In this document: positions 26,555 to 36,414 of the stretch, piece after piece
Position numbering within the stretch: position 1 is the stretch's first letter
Layout of the letters: the number at the start of each line of letters is the position of its first letter
Source: a virus
Direction: 5' to 3' (one strand)
IMG/VR virus record: IMGVR_UViG_3300008954_000029
Coordinates: 1-64,000 of that record
Length of the DNA: 64,000 nt
The notes under the pieces: model-generated
What the model saw: the letters and a program-made list of their open reading frames with translations, nothing else
Databases searched by the model: none
What the model was told of the DNA's origin: nothing
Position numbers and translations under genes: made by a program

Positions 26555-26885
26555 CCTGATAAGTGATAATTGTCTTGTTATCAGGGTGAGGCTCGATGTG
26601 GACCTTTACAAAATCGGACATGCTGTCAAACACAGCGATGCCTCCACGAGGTGGCGGGTAAAGCCAGTGGACAATGCACTGTCCCGTCGCTAGCACAACG
26701 CCCTCAATAACAATCCCTTCACCAGAGACGCCTGTCTCGTCTGCCTGGCGGCAGACCGTAAAAGCACGGATGCCTTGTGCGGCCAACTTCGGTGGCGACT
26801 TGGGGATCAAATCTTCTGCGCTCGTAGTTTCCTCTGGTGCCTCTACCTTCTCTTTCTTCTTTTTGGATGTGGTGGTTTTAGTCAT
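26526..26885 (-). CDS. phage hypothetical protein
   Basis: R..DETGVSGEGIVIEGV...G...VHW motif. Confidence 0.65.
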   Translation of the reverse strand: MTKTTTSKKKKEKVEAPEETTSAEDLIPKSPPKLAAQGIRAFTVCRQADETGVSGEGIVIEGVVLATGQCIVHWLYPPPRGGIAVFDSMSDFVKVHIEPHPDNKTIITYQDGEQVTFGE

Positions 26886-26886
26886 T

Positions 26887-27288
26887 TTATTGCTCAGACA
26901 TGTCTAGGAAATACCAGTACTTCACTTCCAGACCAGTCTCCTCATCAATAGCGTGCTTTATAAAAACATACCCCAACTGGTTATTTTCATTGTTCTCGTT
27001 ATGAAGCCGAAGGTATTCAAGCATCAAAATGTCGGACAACTTATCTTCAAGTTCCGGGTGCTCAACCCCCTTCCAGGCGACGGCGAACATGTCAACAACG
27101 CCTAGGCATTCAGTATACCGAAAGGCCATAAAGTTCTCGCGGAATACTTGGAGTACATAATTCTCCTTCGCCGTACACTCCTCCAAAACTGCGTCGATGG
27201 AGACATTGTACTTTGCCTTTGCCCAGCGAACCTGATTGGCGCACCCTGTGGACAGCAGCAGCGCCAATACTAATAATAATTTCTTCAT
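26887..27288 (-). CDS. putative lipoprotein
   Basis: MKKLLLVLALLLSTGC. Confidence 0.7.
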   Translation of the reverse strand: MKKLLLVLALLLSTGCANQVRWAKAKYNVSIDAVLEECTAKENYVLQVFRENFMAFRYTECLGVVDMFAVAWKGVEHPELEDKLSDILMLEYLRLHNENNENNQLGYVFIKHAIDEETGLEVKYWYFLDMSEQ

Positions 27289-27770
27289 TCTTTGTTCTCC
27301 AATTCTTCCATGTTATTGAAATTACCTCTGAACTCTCGATCAAACATAGTCAAGCCATCCAGATGATCAATTTCGTGCTGGACACATATGCATTCTAATA
27401 GACTTTCAAAATCATTTAAATCTTTTGATCCGAACTCTCTTGGGTGTGGGAGATTGTCAGCCTCAACTAAAATTTTAGACGAACGAAGCGTGCGAACAGT
27501 TTGGCCCGGGAAAGAAAGACAACCCTCATCAAACATGATCTTCCCAAAAGCTCCTATTATTTTTGGGTTAACAAGAGCAATTGGCTCACGCACGTTCACC
27601 ACGCAGACCCGCTTTGCTATGCCAATCTGATTGGCTGCTAGGCCGATACCACTATCAGAAGCCGACAATGTTAGGAAGAGCTTTTCAACAACATCCTTCG
27701 ACTCTCCAGGTGCGCACGGTTCACAAACATTTTTGAGAATTTGTATGTCCTCAATGATCTTGCTTGTCAT
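27285..27770 (-). CDS. def: peptide deformylase
   Basis: GIGLAANQ, EGCLS, QHEIDHLDG. Confidence 0.95.
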   Translation of the reverse strand: MTSKIIEDIQILKNVCEPCAPGESKDVVEKLFLTLSASDSGIGLAANQIGIAKRVCVVNVREPIALVNPKIIGAFGKIMFDEGCLSFPGQTVRTLRSSKILVEADNLPHPREFGSKDLNDFESLLECICVQHEIDHLDGLTMFDREFRGNFNNMEELENKE

Positions 27771-27807
27771 AATAATAAATTACCACAAATTCGCCCAGTT
27801 GTTAAAT

Positions 27808-28419
27808 CTATATCTCTCCCCTCAGAATAGCCTCAAAATACTGCTTCATCATAGAGGCCTTGGCTGACTTATCTTTCAACTCGCCGTATCCCCACCCAAT
27901 CCTGCTTGCGATGCCACTCAGTTGAGACGAGGTCTTCGCAATCTGTCCCTCCACTATACCTATGTGCCCTTCTGACGGAGGATCTATCTGAATGCCAAGC
28001 TCTATTGCGATTCTTTCTAATGCAACAAGATTCTCATCCTCATAATGTTCATAAGCCTTCTGAAACAGTGCCTTCTTCTCTTCTTGTACCTCTTTGGAGC
28101 GCAGAGCGAACTTATCGGGGTGTATTTGCTTTGCTATTTCCTTATAGATTTTCTTTAATTCTTGCCTTTGTGTTTTTGGTTCTGGCTCATTTTTGGATTC
28201 GCATCGTTTTGTAGACAGTTCTTCGTCCTTCCTCTTCTGGGCGTCGTCTACTGCCTGCTTCTGCTCATCGCTCAACAGTTTATAGAATTCCTCAAAATCC
28301 TTTTCAAACTCTTGTGCCCTAGTCCCAAACTCCTCCTCCATCTCCTCCAACTCTAACGTCAAGTATTCGTATTTATGTTTAAGCTTGCGGTATGAGGTAG
28401 AGAGCTTTTTATTCGCCAT
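27808..28419 (-). CDS. coiled-coil J-domain protein
   Basis: LKKIYKEIAKQIHPDK. Confidence 0.8.
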   Translation of the reverse strand: MANKKLSTSYRKLKHKYEYLTLELEEMEEEFGTRAQEFEKDFEEFYKLLSDEQKQAVDDAQKRKDEELSTKRCESKNEPEPKTQRQELKKIYKEIAKQIHPDKFALRSKEVQEEKKALFQKAYEHYEDENLVALERIAIELGIQIDPPSEGHIGIVEGQIAKTSSQLSGIASRIGWGYGELKDKSAKASMMKQYFEAILRGEI

Positions 28420-28436
28420 AGCAAAGAATTATTGCA

Positions 28437-30845
28437 TCACCCTCCTTCACTAAAGACTTCCCTCATCAGAGCCTCAGCCTTTTCCTTATAAGTATCGTGC
28501 TGTGCCTCATAAGAGGGATTTAATAGTTTGTGGATCTCCTGAATCTGTCGCTCTTGAACATCGGCTACGCCCAACTGGTATTGTGGATCGGACAATTCTG
28601 GATAGTCAATGTTGTTGAGAGCTTTTGTGATCGTAACTTGCAGAAGTTGCTGTATCTTGTTAAAGACCTCTTGTTGATCAAGATACTTGGCGAAGTTCAT
28701 AACGATTTGTGCGTCTTCCTCGGTGGCCTTGAAACCTTCTTGGTGCTCCATGTCCATAATCAGATCAATTGTTATGTACCATTTGGGCACTACATACTTC
28801 TTTCCGCCCTCTTCCTCAACGTGCGCACCTCGGAAGCCGGCTGAATCGGCGCGGGGAAGCACTAGCACACTCACATTATCGTCGCGGCCAAACCCCAATT
28901 CCTCTGCGGCCTTTTGCCAGGTCTCTTCTTCCCGTTTCTCAGCAGCCTCCTCATCACCGCCAAAGGGAAGTTCCATCTGCCTAGTGAGGTCGTCCAAGGT
29001 TTGGCTCAAAGTATCTTCAAGAACGCCAACAACACGATCACCGATCAACTTCTTTGTATGACCGTGGCGCTCCAAGAAGGTGAAGACGTCGCTCAGAACT
29101 GCTTGTGGATTGGGTGCGTCAAGTATCCACTGGGGGATTTCAATACGGGGACGCAGTTGGGCGGAAAAAGAGACTTCTTCGTTATCGTATTCAACTTCAA
29201 AGTTGTCTAACTCAAGATCTTCAAATACCTTTACATACTTCTGTACGTCCGGGGACCAGATCGCACCGTGCTCAACGAAAGCATTCCTCAATGCCTTTTC
29301 GTCTCGCATTATGTCTTCCAGCTTCCGATCATAGTCGGCCATCCTGTCCAGGAAGTTTTCGTAACCTTCTAGGCCTGAGGCCTCCCTGTAATCGTCGGGC
29401 CTAAACTCAATTCGCACGGCCTCGTCGTACCTATCCCACTCTGCCCCATCGACATAGATCCCTTCTTCATCGAGAATCTTCTCAATCGCCGTGACGAACT
29501 TTTCTTCGTCTAAAACACTCTCCTCTGCCACATCCGGTTCAAAGCTCCACCCACCTTCCCAGCTCGAATAGCCTTCGTCGAGGTGGTGCTGGACCCACAA
29601 ATGGGCGAAATCATACTCGCGCAGCTTTCTATTAAAGTCTTCCGGGTCGGGCCCGCCGGGGTTGTCCTGGTGGTGTTGTGCCGTTAAACCTATGATGTCG
29701 CCGGATTGTTCGTCCACCAGTTCTTCGACCAGAGACGCCAACTCAGTGAGGTCGTCCAAACTTATCTCTGTTAGATCAAGCCCATAACCTTCGGCCCACA
29801 ATCTCCAAAACTCGATGCCGCCTTGACCCTCACTCAGACCCTCTAATGCCTCTTGGGCGAAGTCGTATCCCGCGTCTTCGGCAAACTGCTCAGGATTTTT
29901 CTTTTTGAGCTTTTTATAAGAGTCTATACCATTCAGTCCCTTGTAAAAGACGTTAAGCCTGGCGGCATTATGGATGCCGCCGGAGCCAATCTCATCGTCA
30001 GCGCGATCCCAAACTGTGTCTGGCTCTCCATAACTGTTGGGGTCGTAGACCAGGGCCAACTTCCTATCATCAAAATCTTGCGGAATGTGTTTGAAGGTGA
30101 CGAAATAAAACGCGGCGCCCTTATCCCGATAGTCGTTAAAGTGATTATAAGCTTCGGTGTATGCGATACACCACTTCGTTCCTTGGCCGAAATAACAAGC
30201 AGCCTCTTCGCTCTCTGGGCGTAGAATTCCATAGTCATCGGTGTCCTCTATGTATTCTGTGGTGCTTCTGGCCTCTTCACGCATACGCTCCATCTGATCA
30301 CGCCTGGTCTCTTCCCGTTCGGCCTCGTATACTGCGGTCTGTATTTCATAGGTATCTTCAAATTCATCAATAGATTTCTTAATCAGGCCTCGTTCCGAGT
30401 ATTTGTGGAATTTCGGAAGGGCCCGGACAAGGCGATCGCCGTGTTCTCTTATGTAGCGCCCAAGAGAAGTAGCGTCCTCTGTATCAAGCAACTCGTTGCC
30501 GGCTTCAAGCGTTGCCTGGGCTTTGGCACTTAGGCGTGGAGAGAGATGTCTGAAAGTCTCTTTTGTCCAGTCTTTAAGATACTTCGCGAACCAAGGAAGG
30601 TATTTATTTTTACCACTAGGATCAGCCTCCGACGCCGCTTTAAGCGCCGATGTGACGGCGTCGGTCACAATTTCCAACGCCTCTGGCTTAATGTGAGGCA
30701 TAACGTCTCTGTCGATAATCTTCTTCCAGTTCGTAGCAGAAGCCACCGCATCAGTGTAGCGACTCTCAATTAATAATTGTTCGTCAATAGTGATAGGGTT
30801 GGCCGAAAAAGAACGCCAACTATCAAAGACACTTTTCATTCCCAT
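28437..30845 (-). CDS. large acidic putative virion protein
   Basis: FDSWRSF..LLIE leader, GTKWC motif, ACTATTTA at 30869-30876. Confidence 0.65.
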   Translation of the reverse strand: MGMKSVFDSWRSFSANPITIDEQLLIESRYTDAVASATNWKKIIDRDVMPHIKPEALEIVTDAVTSALKAASEADPSGKNKYLPWFAKYLKDWTKETFRHLSPRLSAKAQATLEAGNELLDTEDATSLGRYIREHGDRLVRALPKFHKYSERGLIKKSIDEFEDTYEIQTAVYEAEREETRRDQMERMREEARSTTEYIEDTDDYGILRPESEEAACYFGQGTKWCIAYTEAYNHFNDYRDKGAAFYFVTFKHIPQDFDDRKLALVYDPNSYGEPDTVWDRADDEIGSGGIHNAARLNVFYKGLNGIDSYKKLKKKNPEQFAEDAGYDFAQEALEGLSEGQGGIEFWRLWAEGYGLDLTEISLDDLTELASLVEELVDEQSGDIIGLTAQHHQDNPGGPDPEDFNRKLREYDFAHLWVQHHLDEGYSSWEGGWSFEPDVAEESVLDEEKFVTAIEKILDEEGIYVDGAEWDRYDEAVRIEFRPDDYREASGLEGYENFLDRMADYDRKLEDIMRDEKALRNAFVEHGAIWSPDVQKYVKVFEDLELDNFEVEYDNEEVSFSAQLRPRIEIPQWILDAPNPQAVLSDVFTFLERHGHTKKLIGDRVVGVLEDTLSQTLDDLTRQMELPFGGDEEAAEKREEETWQKAAEELGFGRDDNVSVLVLPRADSAGFRGAHVEEEGGKKYVVPKWYITIDLIMDMEHQEGFKATEEDAQIVMNFAKYLDQQEVFNKIQQLLQVTITKALNNIDYPELSDPQYQLGVADVQERQIQEIHKLLNPSYEAQHDTYKEKAEALMREVFSEGG

Positions 30846-30896
30846 TTTTATATTATACTCCCGTCCTATAAATAGTTTAAAACATTACTATAACAT

Positions 30897-30925
30897 AAAA
30901 AAAGAGCCCCCCGAATGGGGGGCTC
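30897..30925 (-). terminator. rho-independent terminator after hsp20
   Basis: GAGCCCCCC-ATTC-GGGGGGCTC followed by T7 on the minus strand. Confidence 0.9.
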
Positions 30926-30956
30926 AAAGAGGACTAATGTCTTGTTACTGTCGTTT

Positions 30957-31352
30957 TTAACTAACTGGAATGCTAGTAGTCGTGGTGTCAACCTCAGGTC
31001 GCGCAATCGTGACCATCAGAATGCCGTTCTCGTAAGTCGCCGTGATGTCATCGGGCGTCGCTCCCTCGGCAACACGCCAAGAGCGAGTGTAAGAACTCTT
31101 CGTGAAGTAAGTATCATCATCCTCAGCGGCCGCGTAGCCGATGGTGATGGTATTGTTGGACAGATCAACGTTGAAGCTGGACTGTGCTACCCCTGGTGCG
31201 GCAACACTAATCTCTGTACGATTGTCGAAATGCTCAACACGCACTTGACGATTGGTGAAGGTGGGTGTGCGTGTAATAGTGGTGGGACGGAAAAAATCTT
31301 CAAAGATTCCGAAGAGTGGGTCGGCATTGGCGTATCGAACTAGGTTATTCAT
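30957..31352 (-). CDS. small heat shock protein Hsp20
   Basis: APGV, YTRSW, ITATYENGILMVTI; SD GGAGG; TTGACA-N17-TATATT upstream. Confidence 0.9.
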   Translation of the reverse strand: MNNLVRYANADPLFGIFEDFFRPTTITRTPTFTNRQVRVEHFDNRTEISVAAPGVAQSSFNVDLSNNTITIGYAAAEDDDTYFTKSSYTRSWRVAEGATPDDITATYENGILMVTIARPEVDTTTTSIPVS

Positions 31353-31452
31353 TTGTTTGGTTCCTCCTGTTTTACAGTTCGTTTTAGTCCTCTCGGGACA
31401 CTTATAATATAAGCACCGTCAAAAAGGATGTCAAGAGGTTTTTTAAAAAAAG

Positions 31453-31779
31453 TCACTGTTCGATCAAAGAGACGTTATAATCCCTTCTCAGCAGGCGTAC
31501 GCCAGATGCCATTGCCCGGGTAAAAGAGGTGATAGGGTTTAGATCCTCTTTTGTAAGATACACCTCATCGCCCGGTTCAATTCCGTACATGTACTCATCA
31601 ATGACAAAATTCAAGTTTCCAGCGACAGCGTAAATCTCCATCAAATACGTGAGATAAAGATCATCGGTTCGAAACGGAGCCTCTAGGAGCGCACAGATGC
31701 GCTCCTGGTATCGAAGAGAAGATTCTCGTATCTCCTCCAAGGAAGAGCGGGAAGGGATCGCCAGAGGCTCTCCTGTCAT
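31453..31779 (-). CDS. hypothetical protein
   Basis: Coupled ORF. Confidence 0.55.
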   Translation of the reverse strand: MTGEPLAIPSRSSLEEIRESSLRYQERICALLEAPFRTDDLYLTYLMEIYAVAGNLNFVIDEYMYGIEPGDEVYLTKEDLNPITSFTRAMASGVRLLRRDYNVSLIEQ

Positions 31780-32222
31780 CTTTTGAGAGCAGTTCCGGAA
31801 AAAGCCTTAACCTTTCTGTTGTCCGTCAAGGCTACGATTGCCAAATACTTGCCGTCTTCATCTTCCCGGATGTGTACTCTCCCTTCTTCCGTAATCCGCT
31901 TACGGCCCTTGGGGCGCTCCCAACTGGGGATCTTACTGAAGTATAGTCGGAGATTGCCGTAGGGAGGGCTCTTCTTTCGGCGGCCGCGCTTTGGCTGTTT
32001 AATAATGTTCAGAAACTCGACACAACCCAAGGCAATCTCTTGTGGCTCTCGCTCTTGTGACAGAAGCTCTTCAAGGTTCTCTACCTCAATGCGAAGCCCC
32101 ACAGGGAAAGTCTTACTTCCAATACCAGGGGCGTTATTGTACCATGTCCTCAGATAATGGCCAACCTTAGGCTTGCCATTCTTTTCCGAAAGAACTTTCA
32201 ACTTACATTCAATCGGTTCCAT
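31776..32222 (-). CDS. hypothetical basic protein
   Basis: Coupled ORF. Confidence 0.6.
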   Translation of the reverse strand: MEPIECKLKVLSEKNGKPKVGHYLRTWYNNAPGIGSKTFPVGLRIEVENLEELLSQEREPQEIALGCVEFLNIIKQPKRGRRKKSPPYGNLRLYFSKIPSWERPKGRKRITEEGRVHIREDEDGKYLAIVALTDNRKVKAFSGTALKR

Positions 32223-32226
32223 AACT

Positions 32227-32562
32227 CTACCCCTTCAAAAGTCGGCTTCGGGTCTTGAAGATCTTCTCTTCCACAACATCAGGCGAGCCCACAACTACCA
32301 CGTCCAACCCGGAGTTGCCCCGGTTCATATGGATGCGTGTGAAACTCTGCCCTTGATCCAAGTCAGGCATCCTTCCCTCACGCAAATGTTGCTTCACAGC
32401 CTCGTCGGCGCGCAAACACACCACTTGGTCTGAATTTACAAAAACTTCTCTCAAAGAATAACTTACCTCAGGCAGAGTACCAAGTGTTTGGGCCTCCTTC
32501 TTCGGCACTACCTCAATCAGTTTGACTATCATTTTCCTCTGTTGTCGTAGGGTTAATAACAT
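32227..32562 (-). CDS. phage hypothetical protein (probable start MIVKL)
   Basis: LREVFVN..QVV.LR...FTRI..VVG. Confidence 0.6.
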   Translation of the reverse strand: MLLTLRQQRKMIVKLIEVVPKKEAQTLGTLPEVSYSLREVFVNSDQVVCLRADEAVKQHLREGRMPDLDQGQSFTRIHMNRGNSGLDVVVVGSPDVVEEKIFKTRSRLLKG

Positions 32563-32818
32563 TGTTGTATCCAGACAAGATCATCTGGATATCCTCCAAC
32601 TTCACATCTATGTTGAAGAGTTGTTGACGCAACATAGCCACGTTCTGCTGGGCTGTGTCAAGGTTCTCTCCGGTGTCTGACGCACTGGTGACCGTTGCGG
32701 TAACAGGGTCACACAGAGTCAAACTATCAACCACCTGATTCTTGATGGTTTCCATCATCTGTTGAAGGTGAGTCGATAGTTCGGCGACGTCAATGGTTTC
32801 TGCGATTTTGATTTTCAC
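32513..32818 (-). CDS. coiled-coil hypothetical protein
   Basis: SD AGGAG; TTGACT-N17-TATACT upstream. Confidence 0.6.
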   Translation of the reverse strand: MKIKIAETIDVAELSTHLQQMMETIKNQVVDSLTLCDPVTATVTSASDTGENLDTAQQNVAMLRQQLFNIDVKLEDIQMILSGYNNVINPTTTEENDSQTD

Positions 32819-32873
32819 GATTTTCTCCTAAATCTAGAATCAGTATACCAAGAAAATGTACACTAGTCAAGTA

Positions 32874-33167
32874 TTAATTTACAATTTGTTTCTGAAAGAC
32901 AGCGAATGCTAATGTGACGCAACCTACGATAATCATCCACATTATTTTAGTTGTGTTTGACCTGAACGATTCAAGTCCTTTGATGCGCGCATCCAACTCT
33001 CGGAGGCGAGCATAGAGTCCCACGTCAGGGTGGTAGACTGCCTCCTTGATTCTGGAAACATCCTCACCCAACGCAATTTGCTTCTCTTTGATGGTATCAA
33101 TACCATCAATAATGTGCTGAATTTGGCCCTTAATCTCAATTAGGGTAACACTTTGATGATCATCCAT
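32874..33167 (-). CDS. coiled-coil protein with C-terminal TM helix (holin/XhlA-like architecture)
   Basis: Heptad pattern then IMWMIIVGCVTLAF; ACTATTTA at 33176-33183. Confidence 0.55.
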   Translation of the reverse strand: MDDHQSVTLIEIKGQIQHIIDGIDTIKEKQIALGEDVSRIKEAVYHPDVGLYARLRELDARIKGLESFRSNTTKIMWMIIVGCVTLAFAVFQKQIVN

Positions 33168-33183
33168 AGCACTTTTAAATAGT

Positions 33184-34752
33184 CTAATCTTCTATAATAG
33201 CATAGTTGGTTGTGATTAATGTTCCTGCTACGGAGGCGGCGTTTTGCAACGCGCACCTTGTCACCTTTGTTGGATCAACAACGCCATGCTTAATCATGTC
33301 GGCAATCTCCCCACTCTGATAATCGTACCCTAGTGGCCCCTCTTCTGCCTCAACCAAAGAGACAACCAAGTCAGGCGAATGGCCCGCGTTCAATGCCATC
33401 TGGCGCAGAGGAGCCTTCACAGCGTCCAGCACGATGTCTACGCCAAGGCGCTGCGATTCGGTCTCAGTCTCCACGCTAAGGTCCTTAATGGCCCGCAGGA
33501 GGGCCACCCCTCCCCCTGGTACAATACCTTCCTGCTGAGCGGATCTGACGGCCTCCAAGGCATCCTCAATGCGGTGCCTCTTCTCAATCATTTCAATCTC
33601 CGTAGGAGCACCAACCTTGATGATAGCAACGCCACTGAGGAGGCGTGTGATGCGCTCTTGGATTCTCTCGCATTCTTTGAGATTGTCTGTCTCTTGTAGA
33701 GCCACCTTGAGAGTCTCAATCCTCTCGTCAATCGCCTCAAAGTCTCCCTTCGCATCAACAACGGTTGTTAAATTCTTTCCAACCTCAATTGACTTAGCTG
33801 TGCCAAGATGTTCTAGCTTCACCTCCGCAAGATCTATTCGGGATTGCTTAGTGATAAAGGTTGCTCCTGTCGCCACTGCTAAGTCAGCCAGGATGCTTCT
33901 ACGCTCCTCGCCATAGCGAGGTGCCTTCACGGCAGCAACCTTCATAGTGCCTCTCACCGCATTCATAATCAGAGCAGCGAGGGCTTGGCCCTCAACCTCT
34001 TCTGCGACGATGATGAAAGGGCGGCCCTCCCGGGCTACGATCTCCAACAGCGGGAGGATCTCTTCCACAGTTTCTATCTTGCTGTCGCACACCAAGATGA
34101 GGGGATCCTCGTATTGTACGACACCCCTGCGCTCGTTGTTGACGAAAGCACCAGCGGCATAGCCAGAGTCAAAGCGGAAACCCTCAACGATGTCCAGGGA
34201 GGTATCAACGGACTTGGCTTCCTCAATGGTGACTGAGCCGTCCTTGCCCGCTTGGTCAATGGCCATTGCGACGAGGTTGCCGATTGATGTATCACCATTA
34301 GCAGAAATGGTCGCGACGTGCTCAATGTCGTTCTTGCTGGTGATAGGCTGGGAAAGGTTCTCCAACCGAAGGGAGATCTCCTTCACGGCCTTATCAATTC
34401 CCCGCTTCAACTCAACGGGCGACGAGCCAGCCAAAAGATACTTTTGAGCGTTGATGTAGATGGCTCGGGCTAACACGGTGGCCGTAGTGGTCCCATCGCC
34501 AGCATCAATGTTCGTCTTTTCTGACGCCTGTTTAATAATCTGTGCGCCAGCATTCTCAAAGGGATCTGAAAGATCAACAAACTTTGCGACTGTTACGCCG
34601 TCCTTGGTGATTATTGGGTTCTTGCCCTTCTGATGAAGGATTACATTGCGACCCAACGGCCCAAGCGTTGACGCAACATTGTTTGTGAGCTTATTGACTC
34701 CCTCTAAAATCTTGTTCTGTAATTCTTGGTTAGAACTATACTCTCTGGACAC
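33184..34752 (-). CDS. groL: chaperonin GroEL
   Basis: TLGP.GRNV, ITKDGVTVAK, GDGTTT, GIVPGGG. Confidence 0.97.
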   Translation of the reverse strand: MSREYSSNQELQNKILEGVNKLTNNVASTLGPLGRNVILHQKGKNPIITKDGVTVAKFVDLSDPFENAGAQIIKQASEKTNIDAGDGTTTATVLARAIYINAQKYLLAGSSPVELKRGIDKAVKEISLRLENLSQPITSKNDIEHVATISANGDTSIGNLVAMAIDQAGKDGSVTIEEAKSVDTSLDIVEGFRFDSGYAAGAFVNNERRGVVQYEDPLILVCDSKIETVEEILPLLEIVAREGRPFIIVAEEVEGQALAALIMNAVRGTMKVAAVKAPRYGEERRSILADLAVATGATFITKQSRIDLAEVKLEHLGTAKSIEVGKNLTTVVDAKGDFEAIDERIETLKVALQETDNLKECERIQERITRLLSGVAIIKVGAPTEIEMIEKRHRIEDALEAVRSAQQEGIVPGGGVALLRAIKDLSVETETESQRLGVDIVLDAVKAPLRQMALNAGHSPDLVVSLVEAEEGPLGYDYQSGEIADMIKHGVVDPTKVTRCALQNAASVAGTLITTNYAIIED

Positions 34753-34807
34753 ACTTCCTCCTGTGGTAAGTTTATAGTAACACGAGTTATTAGGAATTTA
34801 AATGGAT

Positions 34808-36400
34808 TTATATTTCTTTGACGCCCTTTTCTGGGTCGGTAATCAAATCATTCAACTCTTCGGAGGCTCGCACCGCAGTCTGCCCATAAGCAAACCGATT
34901 GCCTCCTTGCGGGGTAAGGTAGTAGCCCGTGATCCCCTGGGTGAGCGTGTCTAGGGCTGCGAAAATCGAGACAACAGTATCTTTTAATGAATCGGTGTAT
35001 TCCTCAGCCAGCCTTAGGGCGTTCTCTCTATCAATCTGTAAATAACCGAGTCTCACCTTCTTATACACATCGGGCAGAGCTTTCTTGAGGACATCGCTTG
35101 AGTTTATCTCAAACTGCGACACTTTGGATTCTGTTAGCAAATCTTCTGAGGTCGGATTAGTGGACTCCATTCTGATGCCGCGGCGGGCGGCCAACTGCCG
35201 GCCCCACTCCCGAGGATCCTCCGCATACAACTCTCTGAAGTATTCGATGTCCTGTGTGGCTGTATCACTCACCTCTGCTTCGCTCTCACCCCTGAAATCT
35301 CCCAACTCATGGTCCGCTGGGAAATCCATAGTCTTGAAGAACTTTCTCCGCCTTGCGACGACGGCGCCCAACTCATCCAGAGACATTTCGTTCATCTGCT
35401 GGTCTGTCAGATCAAACTCCGCAGGGGCCTTGTACCCGAAATCCTGTGCTGCCTTCTTAATCATTCGCACACCCTTCTTGGCCTCAGCGGATAGCAGCTT
35501 CGCCAACATCTTTGGACCTATGCGCTGTTGAAAGGCTATGGCCGCTTTAACAAATTCTCGGGCGGCGGCCTGCTTTTTCATGATCTTTTCTACCTTGCTT
35601 CCAGCTATGTCTCGGCGGTGCGTCAAGCGAGGATCGGCGGCTTCCGACAATTGAATCTGAAAGTCCAACTCGTTGGCCAGCCAATAATAAATGTTTTCTG
35701 GGTCGATAATGAAAGAATAAAAAGAAACCCCTTTTGTATCGTCTTTTCCGAATTTATACACACAAAGATACTCGATGCCTTCCCGACCATCCGGACCAGA
35801 AAGGAACCCAATTAAGTTCTTGATACTGCCCTTTACAGGTGTTGTCGGTACAAGCAGTTTAAGTGAGATGGGCTTCCCCTCGGCATCCCTCAAATCGTCA
35901 ATCTGAAGCTCGCCGTCAGCCTTTTCTACCTGCTGTGTTCCCCTAAGCAGTCCCGCAAGAAACGCTTCAAACAAGAAGCCGGCGCCGGAGGGGGAGAAGT
36001 TATTAACAACTGTCGACAAGAGATCCAAAAACATCAAGTTAGAAAGGATCTCGTGTGTTTCGTACTTTTCCGGGCGAACCCTTTCAGTGAAAAGGTTGAG
36101 GTATCTCAGCTTATCCTCAATGGTCGACCCAGGGATGTTGTTCATGTAAGCTTCGAACTGTTGGCGGGCATCTGTGTCCTTTTGCCCCCAGGCTTCACTT
36201 ATCTCAAACTTTGGCAGCATGTCCAAGAACGACTTAGACATGTCCTCTATTTTGGTCGACATGGTTGACTGTGCGTGAGCGGCGTCCTCGCTCATGGCCT
36301 GCTCAACCATTTCTAGGAGCGTGGCCATGTTAAGGAGAGTCTTCTTTCTTGGCTTGAAATATTCTTCTACAAGAAGATCGAGGTCTTTGCTACTTTCCAT
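34808..36400 (-). CDS. putative virion protein with possible PD-(D/E)xK-like core
   Basis: GFLFEAFLAGL...IDD...ISLK; LxE sites; ACTATTTA at 36406-36413. Confidence 0.55.
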   Translation of the reverse strand: MESSKDLDLLVEEYFKPRKKTLLNMATLLEMVEQAMSEDAAHAQSTMSTKIEDMSKSFLDMLPKFEISEAWGQKDTDARQQFEAYMNNIPGSTIEDKLRYLNLFTERVRPEKYETHEILSNLMFLDLLSTVVNNFSPSGAGFLFEAFLAGLLRGTQQVEKADGELQIDDLRDAEGKPISLKLLVPTTPVKGSIKNLIGFLSGPDGREGIEYLCVYKFGKDDTKGVSFYSFIIDPENIYYWLANELDFQIQLSEAADPRLTHRRDIAGSKVEKIMKKQAAAREFVKAAIAFQQRIGPKMLAKLLSAEAKKGVRMIKKAAQDFGYKAPAEFDLTDQQMNEMSLDELGAVVARRRKFFKTMDFPADHELGDFRGESEAEVSDTATQDIEYFRELYAEDPREWGRQLAARRGIRMESTNPTSEDLLTESKVSQFEINSSDVLKKALPDVYKKVRLGYLQIDRENALRLAEEYTDSLKDTVVSIFAALDTLTQGITGYYLTPQGGNRFAYGQTAVRASEELNDLITDPEKGVKEI

Positions 36401-36414
36401 GCTACTAAATAGTT

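Noticed and set aside
31353-34800. CIRCE heat-shock operator before hsp20 or groEL
   Set aside because: No TTAGCACTC-N9-GAGTGCTAA was found.
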